From Obrimoposthia wandeli (lineage: Eukaryota), in contig CDROCS010000666.1 in assembly GCA_977020255.1 (NCBI GenBank), forward strand, positions 186,001 through 250,000: DNA of 64,000 nucleotides. Reading direction: 5' to 3'. Numbering within the stretch: position 1 is the first letter of the stretch; every line of letters starts with the position of its first letter. This document shows positions 1 to 9,877 of this stretch, piece by piece. Position numbers and translations under genes: made by a program. The notes under the pieces are model-generated. The model ran no database searches. It had not been told where the DNA came from and was given only the letters and a program-made list of their open reading frames with translations.

Positions 1-277
1 ACCGTCTAAATTAAGATATACGCTATAGATATAATCCGAAGAAATAGTCAAGTGTATAGTAGCTCACCAATAATAACGCTTCCGTTAACCGCAGCGTTAA
101 ATTACTCTAAGCCACATATTTTTCTTTAATCAACAATAAGAAGATTAATCGTGTTATGGTGTAAAACTTATCGTCCTTACTCTCTAGCATCGATAAGCAG
201 ACTTTTTGTCTGTCGATTTTGTGATTTGAATTTATTTCATAACTCTGGCTTTGGATCTATTTTATTGGAAGCTTGAA

Positions 278-524
278 ATGGAAATCAAAATAATCACCGC
301 TGTAAATGCGAAATTAAAAGAAACGGGCTTTGGTTCTATGCTCACGTGTCACGATGTATTAGCCTCCGTAAAACGTTGGGGCATTCGGGTATCGTTACTG
401 AGTGCGATTCTCTGAGTATTTTGCAGCGATCCCTAGTGAGTATAAGGCTAAAGAAGAATTACCATTTTCATTTCCGTTATTTCTTAAGCCGACAAATGCC
501 GTTAATGATAATTATGGTGTTTAG
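278..524 (+). pseudogene. Frameshifted, internally deleted remnant of a D-Ala-D-Ala-ligase-like ATP-grasp gene
   Basis: Three consecutive frames join up: ATG278 MEIKIITAVNAKLKETGFGSMLTCHDVLASVK, then (frame of ORF 346) TLGHSGIVTECDSL, then 414-524 EYFAAIPSEYKAKEELPFSFPLFLKPTNAVNDNYGV*. The last piece carries the ATP-grasp FPLFxKP motif. Far too short for an intact ligase. Confidence 0.55.
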
Positions 525-648
525 CATGATATCAATGCCCCCTTCCTCATTTAGACAGAGCAGCCATAAGGAATTGGCCTGTTAGTAACACTGATTATTT
601 GTTCATAAAGTCACACCTATTGAATTTTTCATAAAAGGATACGACAAC

Positions 649-1815
649 ATGAATACATCAAGAATAGGAGTCATTGGGACTTCAAGAAAAGAAGATGAAC
701 GACGATTTCCAATTCATCCTGACCATTTACTGCGTATTCCTGAAGAACTTCGTCGTCAACTAATCTTTGAGGAAGGTTACGGTGCACCATTTGGCATCTC
801 AGATTCTGAAATTGCAGCCATAACAGGTGGTACAGCCAGTCGTCACGAATTACTGGCCGACATTGGCAGGGTTATCATTGCCAAACCAGAATTAGCCGAT
901 TTGCAGGAGCTTCGCGAAGGCGGAACACTTTGGGGTTACGTGCATTGTGTACAGCAACAGGACATTACGCAGGCAGCGATAGATCGAAAGCAAACGCTTA
1001 TTGCCTTTGAAGATATGTATATTTGGTCTCAAAATGATCAAGTAGGTCGCCATACATTCTATAAAAACAATGAAATGGCTGGCTATTGTGCGGTATTGCA
1101 TTCCTTGCAGCTTAAAGGTATCGATGGGCATTACGGTGATCAACGCAAAACAATTATTTTTGGTTTTGGGGCTGTTAGCCGTGGCGCAATATACGCTCTT
1201 AAGGCACATGGTTTTAGAGATATCACCATCTGTATTCAGCGCCCAGAAGACGAAGTGCGTGAAGAAGTACTCGATTGTAACTATGTGAGAATTCGAGCCG
1301 GTAGCGAAGGCGAAGCACGTATGGTCGTTATGGATCACGATGGAACCACACGACCGCTGACAGATCTAATTAATGAAGCAGATATCATTGTAAACGGAAC
1401 GTATCAAAATACAGAAAACCCTACAGACTTTGTGATCGAAGCTGAAAGTGCATGCCTCAAACCCAATAGCTTAATTATTGATGTAAGTTGCGACGAAGGA
1501 ATGGGATTCTTTTTTGCCAAACCAACGACATTTAAAAATCCGATGTTTAAATATGAAACCATCGATTACTACGCAGTGGATCATACCCCTAGCTATTTGT
1601 GGGAAAGTGCAACGCGATCAATTTCTGCTGCTCTAATTGTTTATTTGCCGATTGTATTGGCGGGCTGCAATAGTTGGCAGAAAAATGAGACGATTCGACA
1701 GGCGATCAATATTCATGATGGCGTGATTCAGAAACCCTCCATTTTGTCGTTTCAAAAACGTGAACAAGACTACCCCCATAGGAATTTAAATCCTAACTCA
1801 AAGCGTATAGCCTAA
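649..1815 (+). CDS. ceo: N5-(carboxyethyl)ornithine synthase family (AlaDH/PNT superfamily) NAD(P)-dependent oxidoreductase
   Basis: N-terminal GVIGTSRKEDERRFPIHP, GYVHCVQQ, Rossmann IIFGFGAVSRGA, DVSCDEGMGF and YYAVDHTPS match CEOS-type proteins. AAGGA RBS. Confidence 0.8.
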   Translation: MNTSRIGVIGTSRKEDERRFPIHPDHLLRIPEELRRQLIFEEGYGAPFGISDSEIAAITGGTASRHELLADIGRVIIAKPELADLQELREGGTLWGYVHCVQQQDITQAAIDRKQTLIAFEDMYIWSQNDQVGRHTFYKNNEMAGYCAVLHSLQLKGIDGHYGDQRKTIIFGFGAVSRGAIYALKAHGFRDITICIQRPEDEVREEVLDCNYVRIRAGSEGEARMVVMDHDGTTRPLTDLINEADIIVNGTYQNTENPTDFVIEAESACLKPNSLIIDVSCDEGMGFFFAKPTTFKNPMFKYETIDYYAVDHTPSYLWESATRSISAALIVYLPIVLAGCNSWQKNETIRQAINIHDGVIQKPSILSFQKREQDYPHRNLNPNSKRIA

Positions 1816-1825
1816 AAACTACCGT

Positions 1826-1853
1826 CAGCCGGCGTATCTTTGACGTCCGGCTG
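1826..1853. terminator. Hairpin after ceo
   Basis: cagccgg-cgt-atctttg-acg-tccggctg inverted repeat between convergent genes. Confidence 0.5.
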
Positions 1854-2006
1854 AACCTAGCATTAGCTTTTCTACATTTTATAGCAAATACAAATCGCCC
1901 TACAATTATCGATACCACTACATTTTCTATACAGCGCAAATAAGAAAGCCTAAGAGTAAATAATATTAAATGCTTTAAAGCGGATTAAGACTAATTACCA
2001 CATACT

Positions 2007-2942
2007 TTACCAATCAAACGCAAAGCTTATGAATAAATGATCACCTTCTAGTCTGTTTTCAGCTTTCACTTCATGCAACCATTTAGCGATAAACGAAACA
2101 TCCTGATTAGATATTTTTGTATTCCATAATAAGGCAGGACCAACGCCAACGACCTCTGCTTTAAAATCCCCCAATAGTGCACCAGAGCCACTGTCACCCG
2201 TAATTTGATTGAGGTAAAAGCCATGGATACCGACAGCAAAACTATCGGAGAAAAACTGGTTTAGAGCTACATCAAGATGTATTTCTTGACCAGTTTGATA
2301 GTTGGTATCTTCATTCTCAGTATTGTAAATATGGCCAAGGTTGAAGGAAAAATCATGACCTGTTTCTAGGTTCAGGTACGTTATCGCGAGATTGGTATCG
2401 AAACTCCAGTAGTTCAAGCCGTTGTTAATCGAGTTATTAACGTCGTAATCACCACTTGGAATTATCACATAATGAGCGAATGAACTGTGGATGTTGCCTT
2501 TAGTCCAAAAAAGCGCAAAAGGGATCAGAGATACATCACCCAATCCTGTAGCACTATCTCTGGCATTTAATACCTGACTCCCACTCCCCTCCTTTACCTT
2601 TAAGCTTGCTTCAGTATTCAAATTTACGAAAGGAATAAATATACCCGTGGTATATTGTGCACCAAAAATTTTGAACTCAGGTTTATACAGTAACGTGGTG
2701 AAATTCATAAGAAACTGTAAATCTAAATCTGTTGCAAGATTACCGCCCTGTACAGCTCTACTGGTGCTGGCATCATAATAATATGTGTCATTTCGTAGAG
2801 TCCACGTTTCTGTCGGGGAAAGTGCCATACCAAAGTCGCCATAACTTCCAGGAAGATAGTTACTATATCCCCCTTCAGCAGCAATGGTATTTTGATTCAA
2901 GAAATTCACAATGAAGATTAAAATAATAAAGCGCATAAACAT
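2007..2942 (-). CDS. SphA / Phenol_MetA_deg family outer-membrane beta-barrel channel
   Basis: Signal peptide, EGGYSNYLPGSYGDF, GLGDVSLIP, PSGDYD..GLNYWSFD motifs and terminal aromatic residue (FDW). Confidence 0.75.
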   Translation of the reverse strand: MFMRFIILIFIVNFLNQNTIAAEGGYSNYLPGSYGDFGMALSPTETWTLRNDTYYYDASTSRAVQGGNLATDLDLQFLMNFTTLLYKPEFKIFGAQYTTGIFIPFVNLNTEASLKVKEGSGSQVLNARDSATGLGDVSLIPFALFWTKGNIHSSFAHYVIIPSGDYDVNNSINNGLNYWSFDTNLAITYLNLETGHDFSFNLGHIYNTENEDTNYQTGQEIHLDVALNQFFSDSFAVGIHGFYLNQITGDSGSGALLGDFKAEVVGVGPALLWNTKISNQDVSFIAKWLHEVKAENRLEGDHLFISFAFDW

Positions 2943-3049
2943 AACTACCTATACTGCTTAAAACTGTTAAGGGTTAGTAACGACTGCTCTATTCTCAATA
3001 CGTTAATCATCAAAAATCTTTTTATAACACCGCATAGAGCCCAACAAAA

Positions 3050-3090
3050 CTCGCTGAGATCACTCTGAATCCTGAGGTAGCTTGGGTAAA
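3050..3090 (-). repeat. Partial ERIC/IRU-like element (left end)
   Basis: Reverse complement reads tttacccaagctacctcaggattcagagtgatctcagcgag; shares blocks with copies at 29988, 34185 and 39230. Confidence 0.6.
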
Positions 3091-3311
3091 TAGTCAGCAT
3101 AATAAAATTTAGCACAAGAAATATGAAAGGAAGTGTTATTGATGAGAAGCACTTAACGAAAGCCTGTCTACCACAATATTCCTATATGCATGATGGATAT
3201 GGTAAAGTTTAGTAAGGCAATGAATTAGCCATGACTTGATGGCCTCTTCTACCCAGTGTTGATAGCAAAAATACTGGGGAACTTTAAAAATGTAACGAGG
3301 TGACAATAACA

Positions 3312-4196
3312 ATGACAACACACAATATCGCATTCATCGGACTTGGCACTATGGGCTTCCCGATGGCGGGTCACTTAGCCAATGCAGGTCACAACGTTAC
3401 CGTTTATAACCGCACAACAGCCACAGCTGAAAAATGGGTTAATAGCTATAAAGGTCAACTGGCTTTAACACCCGCAGAAGCGGCAAAAAATGCCGATATT
3501 ATTTTTACTTGTGTTGGTAATGATGATGACGTTCGCCATGTTTACACCGGTGAAAATGGGATTCTTTCTACGGTAAAATCGGGCGCTATTTTGGTCGATA
3601 ACACCACAGCTTCTGCTGAAGTGGCACGTGAAATCGCAGCGGCGGCACATGCAGTACACGCCGAGTTCTTAGACGCCCCTGTTTCTGGTGGCGAAGCGGG
3701 TGCAATAAATGGCTGCCTGACCGTTATGGTAGGTGGTGACCCAGCTGTCTTTGAGAAAGCAAAACCGATTATTGATTGCTTTGCTAAAGCCACCACCTTG
3801 ATGGGTGATGTGGGTTACGGTCAGGTCACCAAAATGGCTAATCAAATCTGTATTGCAGGTATTTTACAAGGCTTATCTGAAGCCATTACATTGGCTAAAT
3901 CATCTGGCTTAGACATTGAAAAAATGACGGATGTATTAAAGCATGGTGCAGCAGGCTCTTGGCAGTTAGAAAACCGAGCAGCAACAATGGCTGAAGATAA
4001 ATTTGATTTTGGTTTTGCTATCGATTGGATGCGTAAAGATTTAGGTATTTGTTTTGATGCAGCAGACAAGTTAGGTGTCGAGCTACCATTGGCTAAGCAA
4101 GTTGATGCAAAATATGCTGATTTACAGCAGCGTAGACACAACCGTTCAGATACTTCAGTCTTGATTAAACAATTCGATAAGCCCGATTTTAGATAA
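3312..4196 (+). CDS. NAD(P)-dependent beta-hydroxyacid dehydrogenase (3-hydroxyisobutyrate dehydrogenase / tartronate semialdehyde reductase family)
   Basis: IAFIGLGTMGFPMAGHL, DAPVSGG and KMANQ motifs. Start moved to ATG3312, downstream of GAGGTG. Confidence 0.9.
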   Translation: MTTHNIAFIGLGTMGFPMAGHLANAGHNVTVYNRTTATAEKWVNSYKGQLALTPAEAAKNADIIFTCVGNDDDVRHVYTGENGILSTVKSGAILVDNTTASAEVAREIAAAAHAVHAEFLDAPVSGGEAGAINGCLTVMVGGDPAVFEKAKPIIDCFAKATTLMGDVGYGQVTKMANQICIAGILQGLSEAITLAKSSGLDIEKMTDVLKHGAAGSWQLENRAATMAEDKFDFGFAIDWMRKDLGICFDAADKLGVELPLAKQVDAKYADLQQRRHNRSDTSVLIKQFDKPDFR

Positions 4197-4225
4197 TAAC
4201 GGCGACACTCGCTCTATTAAATCTG

Positions 4226-4254
4226 AAGGCATGGTCAATATCATGCCTTTTTTA
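4226..4254 (+). terminator. Intrinsic terminator
   Basis: aaggcatg-gtcaatat-catgcctt followed by a T run. Confidence 0.7.
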
Positions 4255-4268
4255 GCTTGATTTTTTGG

Positions 4269-4658
4269 CTATTGGCTATTGGTTAACATAAAATCAAGTG
4301 CCATCAATGCAACAGGAACAGCACACCCTTCTCCTTCACATTCAACACCATCATAAGTGTTATTTTTATTGTTACTTTCAAATTGCTTATCAAAAAATCG
4401 GGTATGAGTCGTATATATAGATGACATATTCTGGAATGAGTCTGTTATTTGCACATTACTAGTGTCAGTCTCACGAAGCCTATCATTAAGTAAGACACTC
4501 TCTTTAGAAAAAATGATCGATTCAGGTAGCAACAATACTGGTTCATTCAAAGTATTAAGAAACAGATTACTTATCGGTGCTTCCGCTGCCACAACGCTGT
4601 TTGTCAGTGAACTGAACAATATCATCGTAATAAGGATTGATATATTTCTTCTTAACAT
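4269..4658 (-). CDS. Hypothetical secreted protein
   Basis: 129-aa ORF with signal-peptide-like N-terminus (SVVAA) and a C-terminal CEGEGC; no family recognised. Confidence 0.5.
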   Translation of the reverse strand: MLRRNISILITMILFSSLTNSVVAAEAPISNLFLNTLNEPVLLLPESIIFSKESVLLNDRLRETDTSNVQITDSFQNMSSIYTTHTRFFDKQFESNNKNNTYDGVECEGEGCAVPVALMALDFMLTNSQ

Positions 4659-4775
4659 GCGGTCTCAACTGAAATTTAAAACAATGTTCAATTTTTACCA
4701 TAAAAAAAGCCACACCGAAAGTACGGGGTGGCATTTTTGTGCTTCTATCACTTATCGCGAATCAAGCCGTCACTA

Positions 4776-5984
4776 TTATAACGAGATGAAGATACCCGCT
4801 AAGGCTGCACTCATTAAGTTAGCAAGTGTTGCAGCAAGTACCGCTTTAAAACCTAACTTAGCCACATCACCGCGACGCTCTGGCGCCATGATGCCGATTG
4901 AACCAATCTGAATCGCAATTGAACCAATATTTGCAAAACCACACAGTGCAAAAGTAATGATAATCTGGCTCTGAGATGACAATGTTTCTTTAATGCTAAC
5001 GAAATCAAGGAAAGCCACAAATTCATTTAGAATCATCTTCTGACCGATAAATGAACCCGCTTGCAGCATCTCATTTGCCGGTACACCAATGATGAACGCT
5101 AATGGTGAGAAAATGTATCCCAAAAGACCTTGCATAGTTAAGTCAGCAAAACCGAACCACCCACCGACCATGCCTAGCCCTGCGTTTGCCATTGCAATAA
5201 CACTGACAAAAGCAATAAGCATAGTACCGATAGCAACAGCCACTTTCATGCCGTTCATCGCACCAGCCGCTAATGCATCAATCGCATTACTGTGTTCACT
5301 GGTCGCCATTTCGATATCTGTTTGCTCTACAGGCGTGCTTTGTTCTGGTACTAAAATTTTAGCCATTAACAAACTACCAGGCGCTGCCATGAAGCTTGCA
5401 GCAATTAGGTATTTCAATTCAACACCTAAACCCGCATAGCCACCTAACACACTGCCCGCAACCGATGCCATACCACCCGTCATTACAGCAAATAGTTCAG
5501 AACGCGTCATCTTAGGAAGGAAAGGTCTAACAAGAAGTGGAGATTCACCTTGGGAAAGAAAAATATTACCTGTCGCCACTAATGATTCAGCACGGCTTGT
5601 ACCTAGGAATTTCTGGATGCCACCACCGATCACTTTAATGACCCACTGCATCACACCAAGATAATAAAGAAGAGAGATAAGAGAACTAATGAAGATAACG
5701 AGGGGAAGAACACGAACTGCGAAGATAAAACCTGTTGTTGCTAAATCACCAAATAAAAATTTTATCCCCTCATCAGCAAAACTCAATATACTCGCAACGC
5801 CACTACTCATTGCCCCCAACATCATCTGCCCCACGGGTATATATAATACCAACGCGGCGAAACTTGCTTGTAAAAACAATGCCCCCCCGACTGTACGCCA
5901 GTTGATTGCTTTACGATTTTCAGAAATTGCGCATGCGCACAAAACCAGTACTAAAATACCGGCTAAACTAATTAACAACTGCAT
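4776..5984 (-). CDS. Concentrative nucleoside transporter (NupC/NupX/PsuT, CNT family)
   Basis: FIFAVRVLP, GMASVAGSVL, GQKMILNEFVAF and ALCGFANIGSI motifs; multi-TM. Confidence 0.93.
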   Translation of the reverse strand: MQLLISLAGILVLVLCACAISENRKAINWRTVGGALFLQASFAALVLYIPVGQMMLGAMSSGVASILSFADEGIKFLFGDLATTGFIFAVRVLPLVIFISSLISLLYYLGVMQWVIKVIGGGIQKFLGTSRAESLVATGNIFLSQGESPLLVRPFLPKMTRSELFAVMTGGMASVAGSVLGGYAGLGVELKYLIAASFMAAPGSLLMAKILVPEQSTPVEQTDIEMATSEHSNAIDALAAGAMNGMKVAVAIGTMLIAFVSVIAMANAGLGMVGGWFGFADLTMQGLLGYIFSPLAFIIGVPANEMLQAGSFIGQKMILNEFVAFLDFVSIKETLSSQSQIIITFALCGFANIGSIAIQIGSIGIMAPERRGDVAKLGFKAVLAATLANLMSAALAGIFISL

Positions 5985-6268
5985 TATTTCGTCCTGCTGC
6001 TTTTTTAAAATAGATGTCGAAAAATGAAGGTGTTACTGAATGCTGCCATTGGGGATCATTAGCCTTCAGGAAGAAAGCAAAATAGGTAGGTACTAAGCTA
6101 AAGAGCCTAGAAAATAAAAGATAATCCGCCAATAAATACAACATACAAGTCACCTTGATAACAAGCTAAAATCATGCTGGTCCAACTCCGTGGGTCGTTC
6201 ACATTTCCGTGGTGACAGCTTGTAACTAAGGTGGCTGGAACTCAATGGTTCTGACCGGATGCGGAGTA

Positions 6269-6290
6269 TATAGAGATATAGATCACATTA
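6269..6290 (-). promoter_or_regulatory. CRP-like binding site upstream of the nucleoside transporter
   Basis: Minus strand TAATGTGATCTATATCTCTATA matches 16/22 of the AAATGTGATCTAGATCACATTT consensus. It abuts a TATACT -10-like hexamer at 6265-6270. Confidence 0.55.
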
Positions 6291-6441
6291 ACAACGCTAT
6301 TACCGCTTATTTTTGTGATCTTGGTTTGTTTGGGTGAAATATAGACGGATATGATAAAAATGGCGGTTTTCTATAGGCGAGAGAGTGAGCAGAGGTATAG
6401 ATAAGCAATGTAGACGAAAGATTATTGCTCTAATGAAAAAT

Positions 6442-6470
6442 AAGAAGGGAAAAGCCCATTTTCCCTTCTT
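6442..6470. terminator. Perfect hairpin terminator downstream of the OMP gene
   Basis: aagaagggaaaa-gccca-ttttcccttctt. Confidence 0.8.
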
Positions 6471-6515
6471 AATAACTTCAACGTTTTAGTTAATCAGACA
6501 CAATGAGTCGTTTGT

Positions 6516-7025
6516 TTAGAATTTGTAGTCAACAGACCATACAACCTGCTGAGAATAATCAAGCTTTGTTGCTTGCTCGCTGTAGTCTTGATCAAGGTAG
6601 CGGTAAGTCAAATCAGTAGACCAGCTATCATTTATTTCGTACATAGCACCTACTTGGCCGCCCCATACAAAATCTGTAGAACTGTCATTGTTAATCTTGT
6701 TATCAGCTAAACCAGCAGATACACCTGCAAATAAATTCACTTTCTGAGCGACAGGAATTAGATAATCATAAGAAGCGAGAAACATATTTTGAGATGATTT
6801 ATCCATGTAGCTGTAAGTACCCATTACACGGTGGTGGTCATTAATGATTGCACCGCCACGCAATTGGTAAGTGGCGTCTTCGCCATTTTGTTCATTGGCA
6901 CCTTTAATGGTGTCTTGCTGGTAACCAACGCCACCACCAACAAACCAATCCGTATCAGCAGCAAACGCGGGAAGAGTAACAGAAGACGCTAAAATCAGAG
7001 TTGAAAGTACTGTAAATTTATTCAT
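6516..7025 (-). CDS. 8-stranded outer-membrane beta-barrel protein (OmpA-TM/Ail/Lom-like)
   Basis: Signal peptide ending AFA, alternating amphipathic strands, terminal YKF. Confidence 0.85.
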   Translation of the reverse strand: MNKFTVLSTLILASSVTLPAFAADTDWFVGGGVGYQQDTIKGANEQNGEDATYQLRGGAIINDHHRVMGTYSYMDKSSQNMFLASYDYLIPVAQKVNLFAGVSAGLADNKINNDSSTDFVWGGQVGAMYEINDSWSTDLTYRYLDQDYSEQATKLDYSQQVVWSVDYKF

Positions 7026-7478
7026 GGGGAAACTCCTAAGTATTATTATTGTAAGTTAAAGCAATATGTAAATTGCTGTGCTCCGTTTCAATAACAACTA
7101 CTCTACACCTTAAAACTGAACCAAACCTTAATATAAAAAACAATGTTTTATAACTGAATTAACGCTGAACACCATGATGATATATAGAGGATAATTAACG
7201 AATTAATTAATCAATTCCCATTAAAACGATTAAAAAAATACTCTTCTCTAATTAGAAAATTATTATCAACTCGTAATTTTACTTAAAAGGTATGTCACTC
7301 AAAAACAACACGCATAAAAAAGAGCCTTTATATCGATAAAAGGCTCTTCTTTTCATATTTCCGAATAAAATATTGTACAGTTATCGTCATTTTTTCCAGC
7401 TAACAGCGTGATCAGACAGTAAAACAGAGTAAGACCATGTCATATCTTCTGTGTTGTTAGCTAAAAAACAGATCTTCA

Positions 7479-8540
7479 TTACTTAATGAATTCCGCATCA
7501 AACATATGACCCAGTTTGGCTGATTTTGTTTTAAGGTAACCGTCATTAAAAGGGTTATGACCTTCTTGTAAGGTGACTCGTTCAACAACCTTGATACCGT
7601 TATCCGTCAATGCATTAATCTTACGTGGGTTGTTTGTCATTAAACTAACAGATTCAATATTAAGAAAACTTAGCATTCCTCGACAGAAAGCGTAATCACG
7701 CATATCAGCCGCAAAGCCTAACCTTTCGTTAGCTTCGACTGTATCGGCTCCTTCATCTTGCAGATGATAAGCACGAATCTTATTAATTAAACCGATGCCT
7801 CGGCCTTCTTGCTTCAAATATAATAAGACGCCAGACCCTTTTTTGACGATATTTTCCATTGCTCGAGCAAGTTGAAAGCCACAATCACAACGTTGACTAA
7901 ATAATGCATCACCCGTCAAACATTCAGAATGTAAGCGGATTAGAGTGGGTTCGTCGGGAGTTGGTTGACCATAAACAAGGGCAAGATGTTCTTTCCCCGT
8001 CTTCACCTCAATAAAACCATACATTTGAAATGTACCCCACTGAGTAGGCAGCTTTGCACTATCAACAAAATGAACAAGATTAAAAGGTTCTTTTTTAGCA
8101 AAATAGTCACGTACATCCATGAGAATTTTACCTAATTCATTTCTGCCATTTCCGTCGCCACCGTCGCCCCAGTAATCATCTTTATGCGAGTGCTCTTTGA
8201 TAACCTGATCACCAGTACTCACTAATAGGTGCGTAAAATATGTATTCTGACGAAATTTTTCAAATACGATAAATCGCATGACTGCACCACGAACTTCCAT
8301 CCAGTCATCTTTTACCTGATCAGCAAAATCACGACTAATTTTGAAAGCGTCATCCGGCGTTTCTGCTTTTAATATTTTATTTTGGATGCTTACGTCGGTA
8401 AATTTTTGGGCTTGATAGTAATGCTCGCTACTCGGCCACGCCACATCACTCAATGTTATTGGGCTAAAAGCAAAATTGGATAGAAAACCATGTTTATCTT
8501 CTGGCTCATAAAAATGTATTTCTTCAACCATATATTTCAC
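7479..8540 (-). CDS. ribA: NADAR (YbiA-like N-glycosidase)-GTP cyclohydrolase II fusion
   Basis: N-terminal [39 protein letters not shown] (NADAR). C-terminal [40 protein letters not shown] (GCH II). Confidence 0.93.
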   Translation of the reverse strand: MKYMVEEIHFYEPEDKHGFLSNFAFSPITLSDVAWPSSEHYYQAQKFTDVSIQNKILKAETPDDAFKISRDFADQVKDDWMEVRGAVMRFIVFEKFRQNTYFTHLLVSTGDQVIKEHSHKDDYWGDGGDGNGRNELGKILMDVRDYFAKKEPFNLVHFVDSAKLPTQWGTFQMYGFIEVKTGKEHLALVYGQPTPDEPTLIRLHSECLTGDALFSQRCDCGFQLARAMENIVKKGSGVLLYLKQEGRGIGLINKIRAYHLQDEGADTVEANERLGFAADMRDYAFCRGMLSFLNIESVSLMTNNPRKINALTDNGIKVVERVTLQEGHNPFNDGYLKTKSAKLGHMFDAEFIK

Positions 8541-8759
8541 TCCATATTAAATTGATTTATGTACACCTGTGTGTATATTTATCTTGCCTTCCATTCCCTA
8601 CAGTGAAGTATAGTTACATTAACAAAAAGTCAACATTGCAAAGGCAAATATTTACTACTTACTCATAAATAAGTAGATGTTAATATCATAAATTATTCAT
8701 ATTTGGGATTAAGCGCCATCTAGATTAATATACGTAAAAATTGCCTGATGGAGAGAAAG

Positions 8760-9443
8760 ATGAAGTACAAATGGATCCTGTTCGATGCGGATGAAACATT
8801 ATTCCACTTTGATGCACTCAAAGGCTTACAACTTATGTTTTCACGCTTTGGCGTCGATTTCACAACACATGATTACAACGTTTACCAAACGACAAATAAA
8901 CCGCTTTGGGTTGACTATCAGGATGGAATCATTTCAGCAGGGCAACTTCAGAATATCCGCTTTGAAGGCTGGGCTAAAAAACTGGAAGTGACGACTCAAA
9001 CATTAAACAGTGCTTTTTTAATGGCTATGGCAGATATTTGCGCCCCACTATCTGGTGCTAAAGAACTACTTGCATCACTACACGGTAAAGTAGGTATGGG
9101 CATAATCACCAATGGCTTTACTGAATTACAAGAAATACGCCTTGAACGCACAGGATTTAAACAGTACTTTTCACCACTCATTATCTCTGAGCAAGTCGGC
9201 ATTGCTAAGCCACACGTGGGGATTTTTGAGCATGCGTTAGAACACATGGGCCAACCTGAAAAACATCATGTGCTTATGGTGGGTGATAATCCGCATTCTG
9301 ATATTTTAGGAGGGCTAAATGCAGGCTTTGATACGTGTTGGTTAAATGTTGATGGTCACGAAACACCAGAGAGCATTACACCGCATTACCAAGTCAGTTC
9401 TTTAAGTGAACTACAAACCCTGCTTCATAAACAAGTCGCCTAA
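8760..9443 (+). CDS. yjjG: Pyrimidine 5'-nucleotidase (HAD)
   Basis: MKYKWILFDADETLFHFD, IITNGFTELQ, KP and VGDNPHSDI motifs. Start set after the GGAGA RBS. Confidence 0.92.
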   Translation: MKYKWILFDADETLFHFDALKGLQLMFSRFGVDFTTHDYNVYQTTNKPLWVDYQDGIISAGQLQNIRFEGWAKKLEVTTQTLNSAFLMAMADICAPLSGAKELLASLHGKVGMGIITNGFTELQEIRLERTGFKQYFSPLIISEQVGIAKPHVGIFEHALEHMGQPEKHHVLMVGDNPHSDILGGLNAGFDTCWLNVDGHETPESITPHYQVSSLSELQTLLHKQVA

Positions 9444-9498
9444 AGCTGAGATTCCTCTTCGTGATAAGTCATGTTCAGTGGCTTATCTATAGGGAGAT

Positions 9499-9526
9499 AA
9501 TCAGGCAGAATATTGACTGCCTGATT
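9499..9526 (+). terminator. Hairpin after yjjG
   Basis: aatcaggcag-aatattga-ctgcctgatt. Confidence 0.6.
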
Positions 9527-9700
9527 CATTACCGACTCGTACAGGCCAGATAAACAACCACGCAAAGTGACCATTCACAATTAAAAACCCCAAATTAAGG
9601 CTTTACAATGGCGGAATATCCCATTAGTTTAAGTCTATCAACTTTCACACAGAAATGAATAATGCCGTATTCTCTTAAACATACAATTTGTACGCGCAAC

Positions 9701-9781
9701 ATGGAAAGAGACTTAGCTTCAGTATCTCATTCCATTCTTTCTGTCGTCTCTGTCGTCGTCGTAGTCACACACTTACGCTGA
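9701..9781 (+). CDS. Putative Val-rich leader (attenuator) peptide of brnQ
   Basis: Hand translation gives MERDLASVSHSILSVVSVVVVVTHLR*, with 8 Val (5 consecutive). An alternative in-frame start at ATG9662 gives 39 aa. Followed by competing hairpins. Confidence 0.7.
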   Translation: MERDLASVSHSILSVVSVVVVVTHLR

Positions 9782-9877
9782 CGGGTAATGTATTTCGTCA
9801 GCTTAGCTGGCGGATACCGATTACCTCTTTTCCATATCCTCTAGCTCAGCTGACAACAACCATAAAGGTTTAGTCAA

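Noticed and set aside
346-585. 79-aa ORF in the track
   Set aside because: No independent coding signal; only a short part seems to be one frame of the decayed ATP-grasp pseudogene.
6121-6260. Known riboswitch (purine, FMN, TPP, ykkC) in the nupC leader
   Set aside because: Only short motif fragments (e.g. CTGGTCC, CCGGATG) appear, on the wrong strand and without the remaining consensus.
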